DNA of 58,620 nucleotides, filler included, from Barthelona sp. PAP020 (taxonomy: Eukaryota), in assembly GCA_040182905.1 (NCBI GenBank). It is 5 parts of 5 records of this genome, joined end to end, with 100 filler letters (N's around TTAATTAATTAA, not from the genome) between each part and the next. Parts side by side here need not be neighbours in the genome. Positions count along the whole stretch, not along the records: positions 46,968 to 58,620 come from JARQWU010000368.1; 4 more parts are not named here. One strand, given 5' to 3'. The notes beneath the pieces were generated by a model. It searched no databases, was not told the origin of the DNA, and saw only the letters and a list, made by a program, of their open reading frames with translations. Every line of letters starts with the position of its first letter. Position 1 is the stretch's first letter. The position numbers and the translations under genes were made by a program. Below, piece after piece: positions 57,725-58,620 of the stretch.

Positions 57725-58399
57725 CTAAAATTGGGTTGTTTTTTTATAAATCGTATGAGTGTCAATATCCACTACAAATGGTACATTGTCACTGGTTAAA
57801 TATTGATTTGAAACAAGCAGATTTTCACAAGTTTCAATATTTGTTAAATGAAAACCTAACTCACGACATCTACAAATTAATAAATGTTCATGAAAAGTAG
57901 GATTTTCAGATGGAAGAATCAATGTTCGAAGTATTAAATCACGTTTACACCGAAGCAAATATTGAGCAGTCTCACAATTTCTTTCTTTATAATTTAAAAC
58001 TCGTTCATATCCTTTGTAACTTTTTCCAACATAAATTCCCAAAATTTCAACTTTATTAACAAATAAATAAATGTATAAGCATGGAAAACAGTTGGATTTT
58101 ATTTTTTTTCTTAATGGTCTGAATTGTAAATGTATTTTTTGGGCATCTATCAAAAAATCAGCTTGAGTAATTGAATCAAACAAAGTTTGTAACGAAAGTT
58201 CTTGTCCTCTACATGGATTAAATTGGTACCAATGTAAAGCGGCTTTATCTAACATTTTGGAATATTCTTTGTAAAAAAAATTATGAAAATCAATCGTTGT
58301 TAAATCACATTTTGATATTGAAAGGCGTTTTTTTGATCTGGAAAATTCATTTTGATTGTTATTGTTTTCATTGAACATCGAAAAAAAATATTTCTGCAT
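57725..58399 (-). CDS. GIY-YIG superfamily endonuclease (standalone, LEM-3/ANKLE1-like C-terminal signature)
   Basis: LYIYLF...GIYVGKS...ERVLNY...FHEHLLI...GFHLTN: the Y..YVG, R, E and N catalytic positions are all present. Confidence 0.72.
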   Translation of the reverse strand: MQKYFFSMFNENNNNQNEFSRSKKRLSISKCDLTTIDFHNFFYKEYSKMLDKAALHWYQFNPCRGQELSLQTLFDSITQADFLIDAQKIHLQFRPLRKKIKSNCFPCLYIYLFVNKVEILGIYVGKSYKGYERVLNYKERNCETAQYLLRCKRDLILRTLILPSENPTFHEHLLICRCRELGFHLTNIETCENLLVSNQYLTSDNVPFVVDIDTHTIYKKTTQF

Positions 58400-58528
58400 T
58401 TTTTTCAATCCTTTTTTTCAATGGGGACTTCAATAAAAAAAAATGACAATTTTTAATTTTTTTTCTCCACGTTATTATAAAAAATAAAATGAAAGTCGAA
58501 AATTTATTTTGAGTTTTTTTTTTGAAAC

Positions 58529-58620
58529 ATGTCAAATCCTGAAATTGCTCGTATTGCAAAGGTACAAAGATCTCATCTTCAAGTTGGGGATTCTGCAGAC
58601 ATTGATGCTGCACGTGAAGC
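58529..58620 (+). CDS. 5' fragment of an unidentified gene (cut by window end)
   Basis: ATG after a T/A-rich leader, higher GC, open to the end (MSNPEIARIAKVQRSHLQVGDSADIDAARE). Confidence 0.5.
   Translation, partial: MSNPEIARIAKVQRSHLQVGDSADIDAARE

Noticed and set aside
11784..58620. Possible alternative genetic code (TAA/TAG = Gln as in hexamitids or ciliates)
   Set aside because: Conserved genes end properly at TAA (centrin, AspRS, DUF1764), TAG (CDK) and TGA (Sin3), and long ORFs have no internal stops.
1..58620. CRISPR arrays, rRNA genes, telomeric repeats
   Set aside because: None seen.

Overview
This is AT-rich, gene-dense eukaryotic DNA from a flagellated protist (CFAP20, CFAP73/CCDC42, centrin, Sec61a, Psf1, Sin3, a PSTAIRE CDK, AspRS), using the standard genetic code. 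It is not one locus. Five contigs of about 11.6 kb (1-11683, 11784-23450, 23551-35160, 35261-46867, 46968-58620) are joined by artificial 100-bp N44-TTAATTAATTAA-N44 spacers, so gene neighbourhood across spacers is meaningless. Introns are rare and tiny (37 and 43 nt), each ending in ACTAAY-N5-AG. The most interesting signals are: (1) two tandem paralogous type I membrane proteins whose ectodomain motif order resembles EFF-1/AFF-1/HAP2 fusexin (class II) fusogens; (2) an OLD/GajA-like ABC-ATPase+TOPRIM protein with degenerate catalytic motifs, fused to a Lys-rich repeat N-terminus; (3) a 99-bp repeat at two contig starts carrying Pol III A/B boxes, probably a tRNA-derived SINE head; (4) a GIY-YIG nuclease gene next to a dense hairpin cluster; (5) an apparently domesticated hAT transposase head-to-head with Sin3; (6) a pseudo-RNase H1; (7) several bacterial-type membrane protein genes. 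All family assignments come from motif recognition by eye; no searches were run.
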